DNA of 64,000 nucleotides from a bacterium UBP8_UBA817 (GCA_002296285.1 DBHX01000055.1:297-64296); one strand, 5' to 3'. Counted from the stretch's first letter, positions 48,628-59,079 are shown. Notes: generated by a model from the sequence alone, not told the origin. Numbers and translations: made by a program.

Positions 48628-49065
48628 CTAAAAACTAATCATATTATACATAGCTAAGGAAATAATAATGCCAATGCAAATGCCAGCAATTATTTCTGGA
48701 AATGTATGACCTGTGTGCTCGTTGAGTGTGGGTTCACCGTGACGCAATACGTTTTGGTTCAATATTTTTGCATGTTTTCCAACCGTATGACGAATACCTC
48801 TGGCATCATAAATCACGACCAATGATAATACGACAGCCAAAAAAAAGTGTGAAGAGTTAACGCCGTTTTTTAATCCAATCGACAAGGTGATGGCTGTAAT
48901 TAATGCCGAATGAGAGGACGGCATGCCACCGGATCGAGTTAATGATACGAAATTTACTTTATTTCCTGTAAGAAGCATGATGATTAATTTAATGGCTTGT
49001 GAAATAATCATGGCCGCAATGGATGCGATTAATGGGAAAAAATTATCTAAAATATTAATGAACAT
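48628..49065 (-). CDS. Divergent PAP2 family membrane protein (YuiD-like acid phosphatase/haloperoxidase-related).
   Basis: A GGMPSSHSA motif with three or four TM helices in a 145-aa protein. Confidence 0.72.
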   Translation of the reverse strand: MFINILDNFFPLIASIAAMIISQAIKLIIMLLTGNKVNFVSLTRSGGMPSSHSALITAITLSIGLKNGVNSSHFFLAVVLSLVVIYDARGIRHTVGKHAKILNQNVLRHGEPTLNEHTGHTFPEIIAGICIGIIISLAMYNMISF

Positions 49066-49978
49066 TTGGAACTCCTATATCAAAAATGTAATTAAAGATG
49101 GTGCTTAATTCGGATGCCGAATAAGGCAGTGTCTGAATCAGTTCAAGGCCTTTATTTTTATGGACTAGGGCTTCTTTTTTTGCACCGTCAAGGCCCAAGA
49201 GTGATACATATGTTAATTTATTTTGCATGGCGTCTTTTCCAGGGCTTTTTCCAAGGGCTTCTAAGCTGGAGGTTTCATCTAAAATGTCATCGATGATTTG
49301 AAATAACAATCCAAAATGGTGCCCAATCTTTTCCATGGTTGAATGGATGGCTTTATCTTCAGAAGCGATGGTGGATACCAAGGTGAAGCAGGCTTTTAAT
49401 AATGCGCCAGTTTTTAAATTGTGGATTTGTTGCAGTTGGTTGAGTGATGCTTGGGTTGAATGGTTGGATTTTAAATCAAGCACTTGGCCACCGGCCATCC
49501 CATGAATCCCACAATTTGATGAAAATGTTTTGATTCCATCAATGGTTTTTTTCTCTGATGTGTATTTTGGGAGTTCCGATGCAAGATATTCAAATACATA
49601 AGTATTTAAAACGTCGCCGGCAAGAATGGCGATATCTTCACCAAATGCTTTGTGGCAGGTTGGTTTTCCCCGTCGAAAGTCGTCATTATCCATGGCGGGG
49701 AGATCATCGTGTATCAATGAGTAACAATGAATGAGCTCGATGGCAATTCCAATGGGTATCCCGACGCTAATTGAGCCAGTTAAACTTTTTTCTGTAGCTA
49801 AGCAAATGAGTGGTCGAATTCGTTTCCCTGGGGCTGTAACGGAGTAATTGATGGCTTTTTCTAAGATGTTTCGTTCATCCGATAAATTAAATTCAATGGC
49901 TTTTTTTAGTGCAATTTCAAATGTCGGGAGGTAACTGTTTTGAAGCGACTCAAGATTCATTGGTTGATTTTTCTGCAT
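49055..49978 (-). CDS. ispA: Polyprenyl diphosphate synthase (farnesyl or geranylgeranyl diphosphate synthase).
   Basis: The first Asp-rich motif is LIHDDLPAMDNDDFRRGKPT and the second is IIDDILD. Confidence 0.88.
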   Translation of the reverse strand: MQKNQPMNLESLQNSYLPTFEIALKKAIEFNLSDERNILEKAINYSVTAPGKRIRPLICLATEKSLTGSISVGIPIGIAIELIHCYSLIHDDLPAMDNDDFRRGKPTCHKAFGEDIAILAGDVLNTYVFEYLASELPKYTSEKKTIDGIKTFSSNCGIHGMAGGQVLDLKSNHSTQASLNQLQQIHNLKTGALLKACFTLVSTIASEDKAIHSTMEKIGHHFGLLFQIIDDILDETSSLEALGKSPGKDAMQNKLTYVSLLGLDGAKKEALVHKNKGLELIQTLPYSASELSTIFNYIFDIGVPNVH

Positions 49979-50171
49979 GTTTAATTTTTTGTGTTAACTC
50001 TTTCATAATGGTGTTTAATTCAGTGACTTTTTTTAAGGTGTCTTGATAAATCTCTATTTGACATTCAAAGTCTAGATCGTTTGATTTTAGGCTGTTTATG
50101 GCATGTTCTAATTCTTCAATTTGTTGTTTTACTGACATGGTTAATGGTTGCTTTGGCCTTTCCGTTGGCAA
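49950..50171 (-). CDS. xseB: Exodeoxyribonuclease VII small subunit.
   Basis: A 73-aa helical protein whose gene overlaps both xseA and ispA. It sits in the typical xseA-xseB-ispA arrangement. Confidence 0.7.
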   Translation of the reverse strand: MPTERPKQPLTMSVKQQIEELEHAINSLKSNDLDFECQIEIYQDTLKKVTELNTIMKELTQKIKHAEKSTNES

Positions 50172-51291
50172 GTCTCATAAATATAGTATCATTTTTTGCT
50201 ATTTGCTGAATAGTTCTAATGGGAGATTTTTGGTTGTTTTCGCAATAAATAAACCCATTGCTTAATTTTGAAATTGGGTTTAATGCCATGATTTTTTCAT
50301 GAAGATGGTGAATCTTGGTTAATAATGCATCAAAATTGGCATTCAATGTGATTTTGGCCAACTCTGAAACGTCTGTTATTTTTGATTGCAAAGCATTGGC
50401 TTGATCCATTAACTGATGTTGAATGTTGGTTAATTCATTATTTATGACATGAATTGGTTCCGTTGAATACTGCGCCAACCACTGAATCATGGCTGTGGGT
50501 GTTTCAAAATGTGTGTTGGCACATAAACAGGTGAGTGTGGTGTTTATGTCATGCCCAATGCCTGCAATAATGGCGGCACTTGATTGAACAATTTGGTTGG
50601 CGAAATGGTCGTCATTAAAGCAGTCAAAATCATGTTCTGCTCCGCCACCTCGTGAAATGCAAATGACATCTGGGGATAGCGATTCCGCAATGGTTAGCGC
50701 TTGCCGTAACTCCTCAGGAGCAAGTAATCCTTGCACAGATGAAGGGATTAAAATAGATTCAAATGTATGGGGCGTTTTAGATAAAATACTCATAATATCA
50801 TGGTGTGCTGCGGATTGATTGGCTGTAATGATGCAAACTTTTTCAATAATTCTTGGGATATGTTCGATTGTTTTTGTCGTTAATTTGCCATCTTTTTTAA
50901 ATTGAGCCAATCGGTTGTCGAGGATTGATTTTTTTTGCCCCATTCCACCCAACTGAATCCGCACGCCTGAAAAAATCAGTTGGCCTTTATTTTTTAAAAA
51001 TTTGCACTGCCCAATTATTTCGCATTTATCCCCTTTTTGTATTACGGGAATTTTTTTTAAATGTTGATTATAAATTACACATTGCAGATGCGCGCCTTCA
51101 TGGCTAAGTGTTAAATAAAGATGGTCTTTGTTGTTGTAGTAGTTAAATTGAGTAATTTCTCCGGAAATGCATAGTTTATTTAATTGCAATTGATGATGCA
51201 CAATATCTGCAAACACTTGGTTGAATTCAGAAACGGTGAATTGTAAGTGATTCATATTTAAGAAATTATCAGAAATTACTGTTTTTATCAC
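50116..51291 (-). CDS. xseA: Exodeoxyribonuclease VII large subunit.
   Basis: An N-terminal OB-fold (TVSEFNQVFADIV...ISGEITQFN) followed by a catalytic and coiled-coil C-terminal region. The protein is 391 aa. Confidence 0.85.
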   Translation of the reverse strand: MIKTVISDNFLNMNHLQFTVSEFNQVFADIVHHQLQLNKLCISGEITQFNYYNNKDHLYLTLSHEGAHLQCVIYNQHLKKIPVIQKGDKCEIIGQCKFLKNKGQLIFSGVRIQLGGMGQKKSILDNRLAQFKKDGKLTTKTIEHIPRIIEKVCIITANQSAAHHDIMSILSKTPHTFESILIPSSVQGLLAPEELRQALTIAESLSPDVICISRGGGAEHDFDCFNDDHFANQIVQSSAAIIAGIGHDINTTLTCLCANTHFETPTAMIQWLAQYSTEPIHVINNELTNIQHQLMDQANALQSKITDVSELAKITLNANFDALLTKIHHLHEKIMALNPISKLSNGFIYCENNQKSPIRTIQQIAKNDTIFMRLANGKAKATINHVSKTTN

Positions 51292-51331
51292 GTTTTAATG
51301 GGATGTTTAGTGATTTGGCGTTGATGATCGG

Positions 51332-52150
51332 TTAGTTTGGGATTAATTTGTACAGGCCATGGATGGGAAGTCTCACCCATGGCGTTACCCATTGCAGGGT
51401 GGTGAGTGTTTGTTTCTTCCAATGAATTTTTTTGATATTAAGAATGAGTTGTTTGTTAATGCTTAAGGATTCATTGGTTGAAATGGTCATTCGTGATGGT
51501 TGTGATCCCCCCGTCCATAAAGTGTCTTTATGATTTTTCTTATGAACGATTTCAGTACGGAATTGTTCGATTTGAAGTTTGACGGCATCGACTTTTTTTT
51601 GTTTTTTCAGCCAAATGGGGTCCAATACAAATGGTTTTCCAAATAATTGCCCATGAAGTTTTTCTAAAATGACATGTTCCATGTCAATGGTTAATGTTCC
51701 AATGGGGTGGCCATTTTCTGTGAATAACACTGCGTTGCCTTCAATGGATGCGATTATGGTTGTTTTTTTTGAGCTGAATTTAAACCTTTTATCGGGAGTA
51801 TTGGCCGTTGTTTTTGACAATGACCAATGATCATTGGGTGAGTTTAACAACATTTCTCGAAAAATAAGCGCTTCATAAATACTTACTTGAATGCTTACTT
51901 CTTTGAGGAGTGAATGGGACAGTATTTTTCGTGGGGTTTTTTTTAATTCCAGAAAAATCTCATGGACATCGTTGATTTCTTTTCGCCATTCGTCTTGGGA
52001 TATGTCATCAAAAATATCCATGGATGGGGCAATCCACCGGGCATACATTTCATCTGGGTCACTCAAATCAATAGATTCTGTGTCTTGGGAGATTGTTGGG
52101 TTATGTATTATGTGTTGTTGAGGAATATCAAATGCTGAAAATAGTTGCAT
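51332..52150 (-). CDS. Hypothetical protein.
   Basis: A 272-aa ORF with no recognisable motif. Confidence 0.4.
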   Translation of the reverse strand: MQLFSAFDIPQQHIIHNPTISQDTESIDLSDPDEMYARWIAPSMDIFDDISQDEWRKEINDVHEIFLELKKTPRKILSHSLLKEVSIQVSIYEALIFREMLLNSPNDHWSLSKTTANTPDKRFKFSSKKTTIIASIEGNAVLFTENGHPIGTLTIDMEHVILEKLHGQLFGKPFVLDPIWLKKQKKVDAVKLQIEQFRTEIVHKKNHKDTLWTGGSQPSRMTISTNESLSINKQLILNIKKIHWKKQTLTTLQWVTPWVRLPIHGLYKLIPN

Positions 52151-52251
52151 GATGTTTAGTTTAAATGATGGATTGAAAGGGCGCTAGTGGGTCAATTTTT
52201 TGCACCTAAAAACTTGTTTATTTGAGTTGATTACACTAACATGAAACTTTA

Positions 52252-53160
52252 ATGAGCAAACTTTTTAACCACTGCATTGGATTGCGTTTTTTAACAAAAG
52301 AATCAGTCGTTTCCATTTTAGATGAAGCAAAAAAAATCAAATCTGGCGATGTCATTGTTGATTTGAAGAATCAATCGGTTGTTCATGTATTTTTTGAGCC
52401 ATCTACTCGAACTCGGTTATCATTTGAAATGGCGACCCAACGTTGTCATGCGTTTCCCATGATGTTGGATGTTGAGACCAGCTCATTAACCAAAGGGGAA
52501 TCGTTGGTGGATATGATGCGAAACATTGAATCTCTTGGGGCTCGTGCGGTGGTTGTGAGGCATTCAAATGGGGGGATCCCATATTTTATTAGTCAACAAT
52601 TAGCCATTCCTGTTATTAACGCGGGCGATGGCTATCATGAGCATCCATCTCAAGGATTATTGGATCTTTTTACGTTGCAGGAGCGTTTGGGGGATTTGTC
52701 TGGCAAACACATTTTAATTTTGGGGGATATTATGCATTCTCGGGTGGCTAAATCCAATATCTGGGGGTTGTTATCCATGGGGGCAAAAGTGAGTGTTGCG
52801 GGTCCTCCAAATTTAGTGCCTGACTGTGTGAAAAAGTGGGGGGTTGACGTTTGTTTTAATCTCGATGATTGCTTGCCCAACGTTGACGCTGTCAATGTTC
52901 TTCGGATTCAGTTTGAACGACAGCATGGCATTGCGTTGCCTTCAATCCGGGAATATCGTGAGCAGTTTGGTTTAACTCAACAGCGACAGGAATTATTAAG
53001 TGATCATGCCATTGTGTTGCACCCAGGCCCAATTAATCGAGGCGTTGAGCTGGATTCTGATGTGGCTGATGGTAAAAAGAATGTGATTTTGGATCAAGTA
53101 TCGAATGGTGTTTTTGTTCGAATGGCGATATTATCTTTGTTAATGGATGGTGCGTCATGA
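52252..53160 (+). CDS. pyrB: Aspartate carbamoyltransferase catalytic subunit.
   Basis: The carbamoyl-phosphate binding motif STRTR (FFEPSTRTRLSFEMA) and an HPGP(L)-type aspartate-binding motif (HPGPINRGVEL). Confidence 0.92.
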   Translation: MSKLFNHCIGLRFLTKESVVSILDEAKKIKSGDVIVDLKNQSVVHVFFEPSTRTRLSFEMATQRCHAFPMMLDVETSSLTKGESLVDMMRNIESLGARAVVVRHSNGGIPYFISQQLAIPVINAGDGYHEHPSQGLLDLFTLQERLGDLSGKHILILGDIMHSRVAKSNIWGLLSMGAKVSVAGPPNLVPDCVKKWGVDVCFNLDDCLPNVDAVNVLRIQFERQHGIALPSIREYREQFGLTQQRQELLSDHAIVLHPGPINRGVELDSDVADGKKNVILDQVSNGVFVRMAILSLLMDGAS

Positions 53161-54386
53161 GTATTGCAATTGTTAATGGCAAGTTATTGGATGAGCAAAA
53201 TAAAATTAATGTCCGCAACTTATTAATTCAAGGAAAAAAGATTACGGGTGTTGGGTACATTCCTGATGAGGATGAGGGGGCATTGGATGTGTTTGATGTG
53301 TCCCAATCCATGATTTTGCCCAGTACGTTTGACTTTTTTTCAATGCCTGAGGTTGGGGATATTGTTAAATATACCCATCGTATTCAGTCCAAAGGGATGC
53401 TGCATTTGGCCTATCTCCCCAATGATGCTTCGTGTGCATTGGATCGTCCGGAGGACATTGCTCGGATGATTGATCAGCTTGGTGAAAATGCCGAGCGTGT
53501 GTCTTTTGTTGCTTGCGCGTCGAAGGCGAATGGTCCCAATGAACTTTCTGAATTATCCATGTTGATTTCTGCGGGAGCGAAAGCCATTTATTTTGGCCGA
53601 ATTATTGAAAATGAAACGTTGTTTAAACAAGCCTTAACTTATGTTGATATGATTGGTGTTCCCATTGTTTTTGGTCCCATGACAAAAATGGAGAAAAATG
53701 GGGCCCATTTAAATGCCGGGGCGACATCGTTTGAAATAGGTATTCGAGGGGAATCTGAAGATGATGAGCTAAGCTCTGTCCAATATGTTTTATCGATGTT
53801 GCAATCCCACCCAAATATTCCCATTCATTTTCAAAGTATTTCATCCATTGCGGCGCTTCAATTGATTCATTCAATGAAACAACATCGATCAAATCTAAGT
53901 GTTGGTGTGTCTCCATTTCATCTGGTGTTTTCCGATGAGTATTTGAGTCACTATAATCAAAGATTGAAATTTAACCCCCCGCTCAGGTCATCTGAAACCA
54001 TGCGGTTACTAAGAGAATCTTTAACGAATGGTATGGTGGACCATTTAACCTCGCTTCATCATCCAACGCTTGGGGATTCGCAAGAAAAGTCTTTTTTTGA
54101 TCATTCATTTGGCTCTGAAACCATTGATTCTTTTTTTCAGGTGGTGTCACATTGTTTGGTGGAAAGTCAATTATCATTGGATTATTATCACTCTCTTTTA
54201 TCATGTCCCCAATCATTATCCTTGGTTCAGCCATTGGTGTTGGGGCTCAATTCAAACGCGTCGTTTATTGTTTTAAAAGCTGTGGCTGAGTCATTGCAAT
54301 CTCATGTGTTGTTTGGTGATATTGAGTTTGAATTGCAGGGGGGCGTTCAAGTGATTATGAAAGATGGGGAGTTGATGAACACATGA
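53157..54386 (+). CDS. Dihydroorotase-like protein. It is probably a non-catalytic PyrC' partner of the ATCase, since the metal-binding His motif is missing.
   Basis: A 409-aa amidohydrolase-like protein overlapping pyrB by 4 nt. The N-terminal DxHxH motif is replaced (region ILPSTFDFFSMPEVGD). Confidence 0.65.
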   Translation: MSIAIVNGKLLDEQNKINVRNLLIQGKKITGVGYIPDEDEGALDVFDVSQSMILPSTFDFFSMPEVGDIVKYTHRIQSKGMLHLAYLPNDASCALDRPEDIARMIDQLGENAERVSFVACASKANGPNELSELSMLISAGAKAIYFGRIIENETLFKQALTYVDMIGVPIVFGPMTKMEKNGAHLNAGATSFEIGIRGESEDDELSSVQYVLSMLQSHPNIPIHFQSISSIAALQLIHSMKQHRSNLSVGVSPFHLVFSDEYLSHYNQRLKFNPPLRSSETMRLLRESLTNGMVDHLTSLHHPTLGDSQEKSFFDHSFGSETIDSFFQVVSHCLVESQLSLDYYHSLLSCPQSLSLVQPLVLGLNSNASFIVLKAVAESLQSHVLFGDIEFELQGGVQVIMKDGELMNT

Positions 54387-55957
54387 CGTATCAAACCTTG
54401 TATCGAAAGTATCGCTCCAATGATTTGTCCGAATTGGTTGGGCAATCGCACATTATTCAAACGTTAAATAATGCACTGGCTCATGATCGATTGTGTCATG
54501 CTTATATTTTTTCCGGGCCACGTGGCACTGGAAAAACATCAACGGCTCGTATCCTCGCGAAAATGGTCAATAAAACTACGGATAATGTTAATGATTGTCA
54601 AATTTGTCAAAAAATTGCCAAAGGGTTGTGTGTGGATGTGATCGAGATTGATGCAGCGTCGCATACGGGCGTGGATCACATGAGACAGTTAACCGAGCAA
54701 GTTCAATTTCTTCCAGTTGAGGCTAAATACAAGGTCTTTATCATTGATGAGGTTCATATGTTGTCAACGGGTGCTTTTAATGCGCTATTAAAGACATTGG
54801 AAGAGCCGCCTAAAAATGTATTGTTTATTTTAGCAACAACTGAATTAAATAAAATTCCAGCGACGATTCAATCGAGGTCTCAGACATTGCATTTTCGCTT
54901 GTTGGATGCCGATCAAATCAAGTCCCATGTATCAACGGTCTGTGAGAAAGAATCGTTTTCAATTGAACCGGCGGCATTAAACCGATTGGTTCAGGTGGCC
55001 AATGGCGGCATGCGGGATGCATTATCATTGTTGGACCAGCTCATGAGCATTAGCTCATCAACGCATATTTCCTTATCCGATATTACCGAATTATTGGGGT
55101 CTTTGGATGAATCTGAGATGTTGAATTTTTTATCACAATGTTTTGATTTTCAACCTCAGGCATACCATTTGCTGAAAGATTATATGGACCAGGGCATGGA
55201 TGTATTTCAGTTGTATGATGATCTTGTTAGTTACCTGCATCGTGAGTTGCTGGTGAATGACTCTCATTCTTTTTCAATTTCAAATGCACAACTATCGATA
55301 TGGCTGCATTGGTTTTGTGATCAAATCACGTATTTAAAAAATACCCCAACGCCCGGGATTGCTGCCCAAGTGGCACTATATTCAAAGATTCATGCGAAAG
55401 CCGTTATTCAGGAACCTGTGATTATTTCCCCCGTGTCTAATCCGCGGCCGGAAAGGACGGTGGTGCAAAAAGAGCCCCCCCCACAACCCATTCCTGAGTC
55501 TAAATCAAGCCCTCAATCTGAATCAGAAGCTCCAATTAATTCTGAAAAATCTCCAGTACAATCATCGGTTTCATTGCCAAAGCAATCGTCAGATTCTAAG
55601 GCGGTATGTGCACGAGTATTGGCTACCCTTGCCAATGAGTTTCAAGTGTTAAAGCCAGTATTAAGTAAGGCCACACTGCTTGAAAATGACAATACCCTTT
55701 GTTTGGTTTTGGAAGAGACGTATCAGTTTTTTCAAAAGAAATTAAATGAGGAAAAATTTAAAGTTCGTTTTCTTGAATTATACAATGACTTATCGACTCA
55801 AACTGTATCAAAATGGTTGGTAACCTCGGATGTGAATCAAATCTATCAGACGGAGAAAGTGAATGAAATTGAGGTGTCTAACTCACCATCGACGTCGATA
55901 CAATCCAAAACAATTAATCAAATCATTGAAATGTTTGAGGCCCAAGTAATAAAATAA
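54383..55957 (+). CDS. dnaX: DNA polymerase III subunit gamma/tau.
   Basis: Walker A is GPRGTGKTSTARILAK. A Zn module is present (CQICQKIAKGLCVDV), along with a DEVHML box and the sensor motif SRSQTL. Confidence 0.92.
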   Translation: MTYQTLYRKYRSNDLSELVGQSHIIQTLNNALAHDRLCHAYIFSGPRGTGKTSTARILAKMVNKTTDNVNDCQICQKIAKGLCVDVIEIDAASHTGVDHMRQLTEQVQFLPVEAKYKVFIIDEVHMLSTGAFNALLKTLEEPPKNVLFILATTELNKIPATIQSRSQTLHFRLLDADQIKSHVSTVCEKESFSIEPAALNRLVQVANGGMRDALSLLDQLMSISSSTHISLSDITELLGSLDESEMLNFLSQCFDFQPQAYHLLKDYMDQGMDVFQLYDDLVSYLHRELLVNDSHSFSISNAQLSIWLHWFCDQITYLKNTPTPGIAAQVALYSKIHAKAVIQEPVIISPVSNPRPERTVVQKEPPPQPIPESKSSPQSESEAPINSEKSPVQSSVSLPKQSSDSKAVCARVLATLANEFQVLKPVLSKATLLENDNTLCLVLEETYQFFQKKLNEEKFKVRFLELYNDLSTQTVSKWLVTSDVNQIYQTEKVNEIEVSNSPSTSIQSKTINQIIEMFEAQVIK

Positions 55958-55978
55958 TAAAAAAAGGAGCAAATAATT

Positions 55979-56311
55979 ATGTTAGAAAAATTTAAAAATA
56001 TGGGAAAAGCACTTAAGGAAGCCCAAAATATGAAGGGAATGATGGAGGAAGTCCAAAAAGAATTGGAAAAAAGTGTGATTCCAATCACTGAAATGGGTGG
56101 GAAAATTAAGATTGAGATTACGGGAGAACTTCAAGTGGTTAAGTTTGAAATGGATCCGTCATTATTTACCCAAGATCAAAAATCAAATGTTGAGTCTGCC
56201 ATCAAGCAAGGCTTCTCAAAGGCCATTAAGCAAGCCAAAGACTTAGCAACCAATAAGTTGCAATCGGTCACTGGTGGATTGTTTTCTGGTGGGCTTGGCA
56301 CTGGTGCATGA
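55979..56311 (+). CDS. ybaB: Nucleoid-associated protein YbaB/EbfC.
   Basis: A 110-aa protein with a typical YbaB pattern (MGKALKEAQNMKGMMEEVQKELE...GGKIKIEITG). It sits between dnaX and recR. Confidence 0.85.
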   Translation: MLEKFKNMGKALKEAQNMKGMMEEVQKELEKSVIPITEMGGKIKIEITGELQVVKFEMDPSLFTQDQKSNVESAIKQGFSKAIKQAKDLATNKLQSVTGGLFSGGLGTGA

Positions 56312-56924
56312 TGACTCCTTTGGTCAGCATGATTCACGATTTCCACTCGACGATTTAATTCAGCATTTTTCTTTTTACAAAGGCATTGGTGCAAAAACAG
56401 CTCAACGATTGGCGTTGGAGACCATTATGTTGTCCCCTGAAAAAGTCCAATTGTTTGCAAACTCTTTGGTTGAAACAAAAAAGAATATTAAGTTTTGTTC
56501 CGAGTGTTTCTATTTAACGTTGCAAGAACAATGTCATATTTGTTTGGATGCTACGCGTGCTCGAGATACCGTGTGTGTTGTCTCTGAGCCCAAAGATGTG
56601 TTGAGTATTGATCAGTCAAAATCCTACAATGGATTATTTCATGTATTGGGGGGTGTTATTTCGCCATTGGATGGCATGTATCCTGAGGCATTGCGATTTA
56701 AAGAGCTTCAGGATCGACTATCAAAGGGGGTAATTAAGGATGTTATTCTTGCACTTAATCCCACGGTTGAAGGGGATACGACCAGTTTGTATTTGCAAGA
56801 ATTGTTGTCTCGAACGTCGGTGAATTTATTTAAATTGGCTCAAGGAATTCCGATTGGATCTGACGTGGCCTATTTGGATGAGGTGACCATTGATCGAGCA
56901 TTCGAAGGGAAGCAAAAACTATGA
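56304..56924 (+). CDS. recR: Recombination protein RecR. The start is uncertain; the ORF track begins at 56274, overlapping ybaB.
   Basis: A helix-hairpin-helix segment (GIGAKTAQRLA), a C4 zinc finger (CSECFYLTLQEQCHICLD) and a Toprim domain. Confidence 0.85.
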   Translation: MHDDSFGQHDSRFPLDDLIQHFSFYKGIGAKTAQRLALETIMLSPEKVQLFANSLVETKKNIKFCSECFYLTLQEQCHICLDATRARDTVCVVSEPKDVLSIDQSKSYNGLFHVLGGVISPLDGMYPEALRFKELQDRLSKGVIKDVILALNPTVEGDTTSLYLQELLSRTSVNLFKLAQGIPIGSDVAYLDEVTIDRAFEGKQKL

Positions 56925-58459
56925 TGGATGAAAAAATTATTCATTTTGAAGAAGACATACAACGATTACTATCCATTTTACCAGATAAAATTCAATCGTA
57001 TCTAAGATCGCATGCCGAGTTAAATCAATTGTATGAAATTGTGATGGATATAGGGCATCCTCCGTCGATTCGATTTGATGGGAAGCACGAGCGTTTAACC
57101 TCATTTTCAGATGTGTCTCAGGAAGATTTGGATCATGTGGTGTCTCAAATTGGTGAGTTTAATTCTGATAACCGTGCGGGGATTGAGCGCACATTGCATC
57201 GAATTTCTGCGATTCGAAATCGTCAGAACAAAATTTTAGGTTTATCCATTCGTGTTGGAAGAGCGGTGATTGGCTCAACTCAACTCATTGAAGATTTAAT
57301 TTCAGAGGGTAAAAACTTATTGATTTTAGGGCCTCCGGGGGTTGGTAAAACCACGAAGCTGCGTGAAGCTGCACGCTATTTGTCGATTGAATCTGATCGT
57401 CGGGTGATGGTCATTGACACATCCAATGAGATTGGTGGTGAAGGTGATATTCCACATCCAGGCATTGGGTATGCGCGTCGGATGCAAGTGTTGTCCCCTG
57501 AAATTCAAGATAAAGTGATGATCGAAGCCGTAGAAAATCATACGCCCCAAGTCATTGTTGTGGATGAAATTGGTACTGAGTTAGAATCCAAGGCGGCGCG
57601 AACCATTGCTGAGCGTGGTGTTCAATTAATTGGTACGGCGCATGGCGATGATTTTGTGAATGTTTTAAAAAATCCAACATTATCGGATTTATTGGGTGGC
57701 ATTCAGTCCGTTATTCTCGGGGATGAAGAGGCGAAGATGCGAGGAACTCAAAAGACGGTGTTGGAACGAAAAGCCCATCCGACCTTTGATTTTATTGTTG
57801 AAATTAAACATCGTCACAGTGTTTCGGTGTATAAAGATGTGGCCAAGGTGGTAGATTTATATCTTCGTGGTGAAGATTACAAGCCTGAGATACGTCAAAT
57901 TGATCAGGGAGAAATTGTAAAAGAAGAAGAAAATATTTACTGGTCCGATGAGTTTGATGCGGGGATTCATTATTCACCGGATACAATAACCAATATTTTT
58001 CCATTTGCCATTAATCGTGATAAATTATTTTCGGCCATACGCGACTTAAATGTTGCCGCTGATATTTCTCATACGATTGCCCAAGCGGATTTATTAATTA
58101 CGACGCAATCGCAAGTGAAATCCAATCAAAAAGTAAAGCAATTGTTGAAAGGGCATCGCATTCCTGTGCATGTAATTAAGTCCAATTCTCAAAAATGTTT
58201 GCAGGAATTTTTAAGGGAATATTTTCAGTTGGATCAATCAGATGAAGCCATTCATGATGATATTATTAATGAAATTAATAGCATTTGTGACCGTGTGATT
58301 GCTGAAAAACGAGCCTTTGATGCGGCGCCGCGCAATTCATATCAACGTCGTTTGCAGCATGGGATTGCTTCTGAGCGAAATTTAAGCTCATTAAGTATTG
58401 GTGAGGAGCCAAATCGGCGAGTTCGAGTGTATCCTCAATTGTCGCCCAATAAAAAGTAA
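56921..58459 (+). CDS. R3H domain-containing AAA ATPase (Ycf45/SpoIIIAA-like family).
   Basis: Walker A is LILGPPGVGKTT and Walker B is QVIVVDEIG. The C-terminal R3H motif reads QRRLQHGIASERNLSSLSIGEEPNRRVRVYP. Confidence 0.7.
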   Translation: MMDEKIIHFEEDIQRLLSILPDKIQSYLRSHAELNQLYEIVMDIGHPPSIRFDGKHERLTSFSDVSQEDLDHVVSQIGEFNSDNRAGIERTLHRISAIRNRQNKILGLSIRVGRAVIGSTQLIEDLISEGKNLLILGPPGVGKTTKLREAARYLSIESDRRVMVIDTSNEIGGEGDIPHPGIGYARRMQVLSPEIQDKVMIEAVENHTPQVIVVDEIGTELESKAARTIAERGVQLIGTAHGDDFVNVLKNPTLSDLLGGIQSVILGDEEAKMRGTQKTVLERKAHPTFDFIVEIKHRHSVSVYKDVAKVVDLYLRGEDYKPEIRQIDQGEIVKEEENIYWSDEFDAGIHYSPDTITNIFPFAINRDKLFSAIRDLNVAADISHTIAQADLLITTQSQVKSNQKVKQLLKGHRIPVHVIKSNSQKCLQEFLREYFQLDQSDEAIHDDIINEINSICDRVIAEKRAFDAAPRNSYQRRLQHGIASERNLSSLSIGEEPNRRVRVYPQLSPNKK

Positions 58460-58461
58460 TC

Positions 58462-59079
58462 ATGTTTATCACGTTTGAAGGTATTGAGGGTTCTGGAAAA
58501 TCAACACAGCGAAAGCGTTTATTGCAATGGTTGGATCAGCAAAACATATCGTATATTTCAACCCGAGAGCCTGGGGGAACTGGGGTGGGGCATGTACTAA
58601 GAGATTTATTATTGTCCAATACCTCGTCTATTGTTTCTAATCGTACCGAGCTTTTTTTGTTTGCGGCTGACCGATGTGAGCATTTGGCACAGGTCATTCG
58701 TCCAGCGTTGGCGCGTGGTGATTGGGTGATTTGTGATCGGTATGTTGATTCAACGTATGCCTATCAATGTGGTGGTCGAGAGCATAATGAACAGGATATT
58801 TTGGATATTATTCGACTGACCAATGCGATTGAGCCAGATCTGACATTTCTATTGGATATGTCACCAGAAGAGGGGTTGCGTCGTGCGAAAGCGCGTGCGG
58901 ATTTGGATCGGTTTGAAAATGAACAATTATCGTTTCATCAACGGGTACGCGAAGCGTATTTGAAAACAGCAACTAAACATCATCATCGATTTTCCATTAT
59001 TCCTTCCGATGGACAATCCGTTGATGCTATATTTGATATGATTGTAACAAAAATTAATGAGCGGAGGCAGATGGCATGA
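58462..59079 (+). CDS. tmk: Thymidylate kinase.
   Basis: P-loop FITFEGIEGSGKSTQ, a DRY motif and a LID region. Confidence 0.9.
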   Translation: MFITFEGIEGSGKSTQRKRLLQWLDQQNISYISTREPGGTGVGHVLRDLLLSNTSSIVSNRTELFLFAADRCEHLAQVIRPALARGDWVICDRYVDSTYAYQCGGREHNEQDILDIIRLTNAIEPDLTFLLDMSPEEGLRRAKARADLDRFENEQLSFHQRVREAYLKTATKHHHRFSIIPSDGQSVDAIFDMIVTKINERRQMA

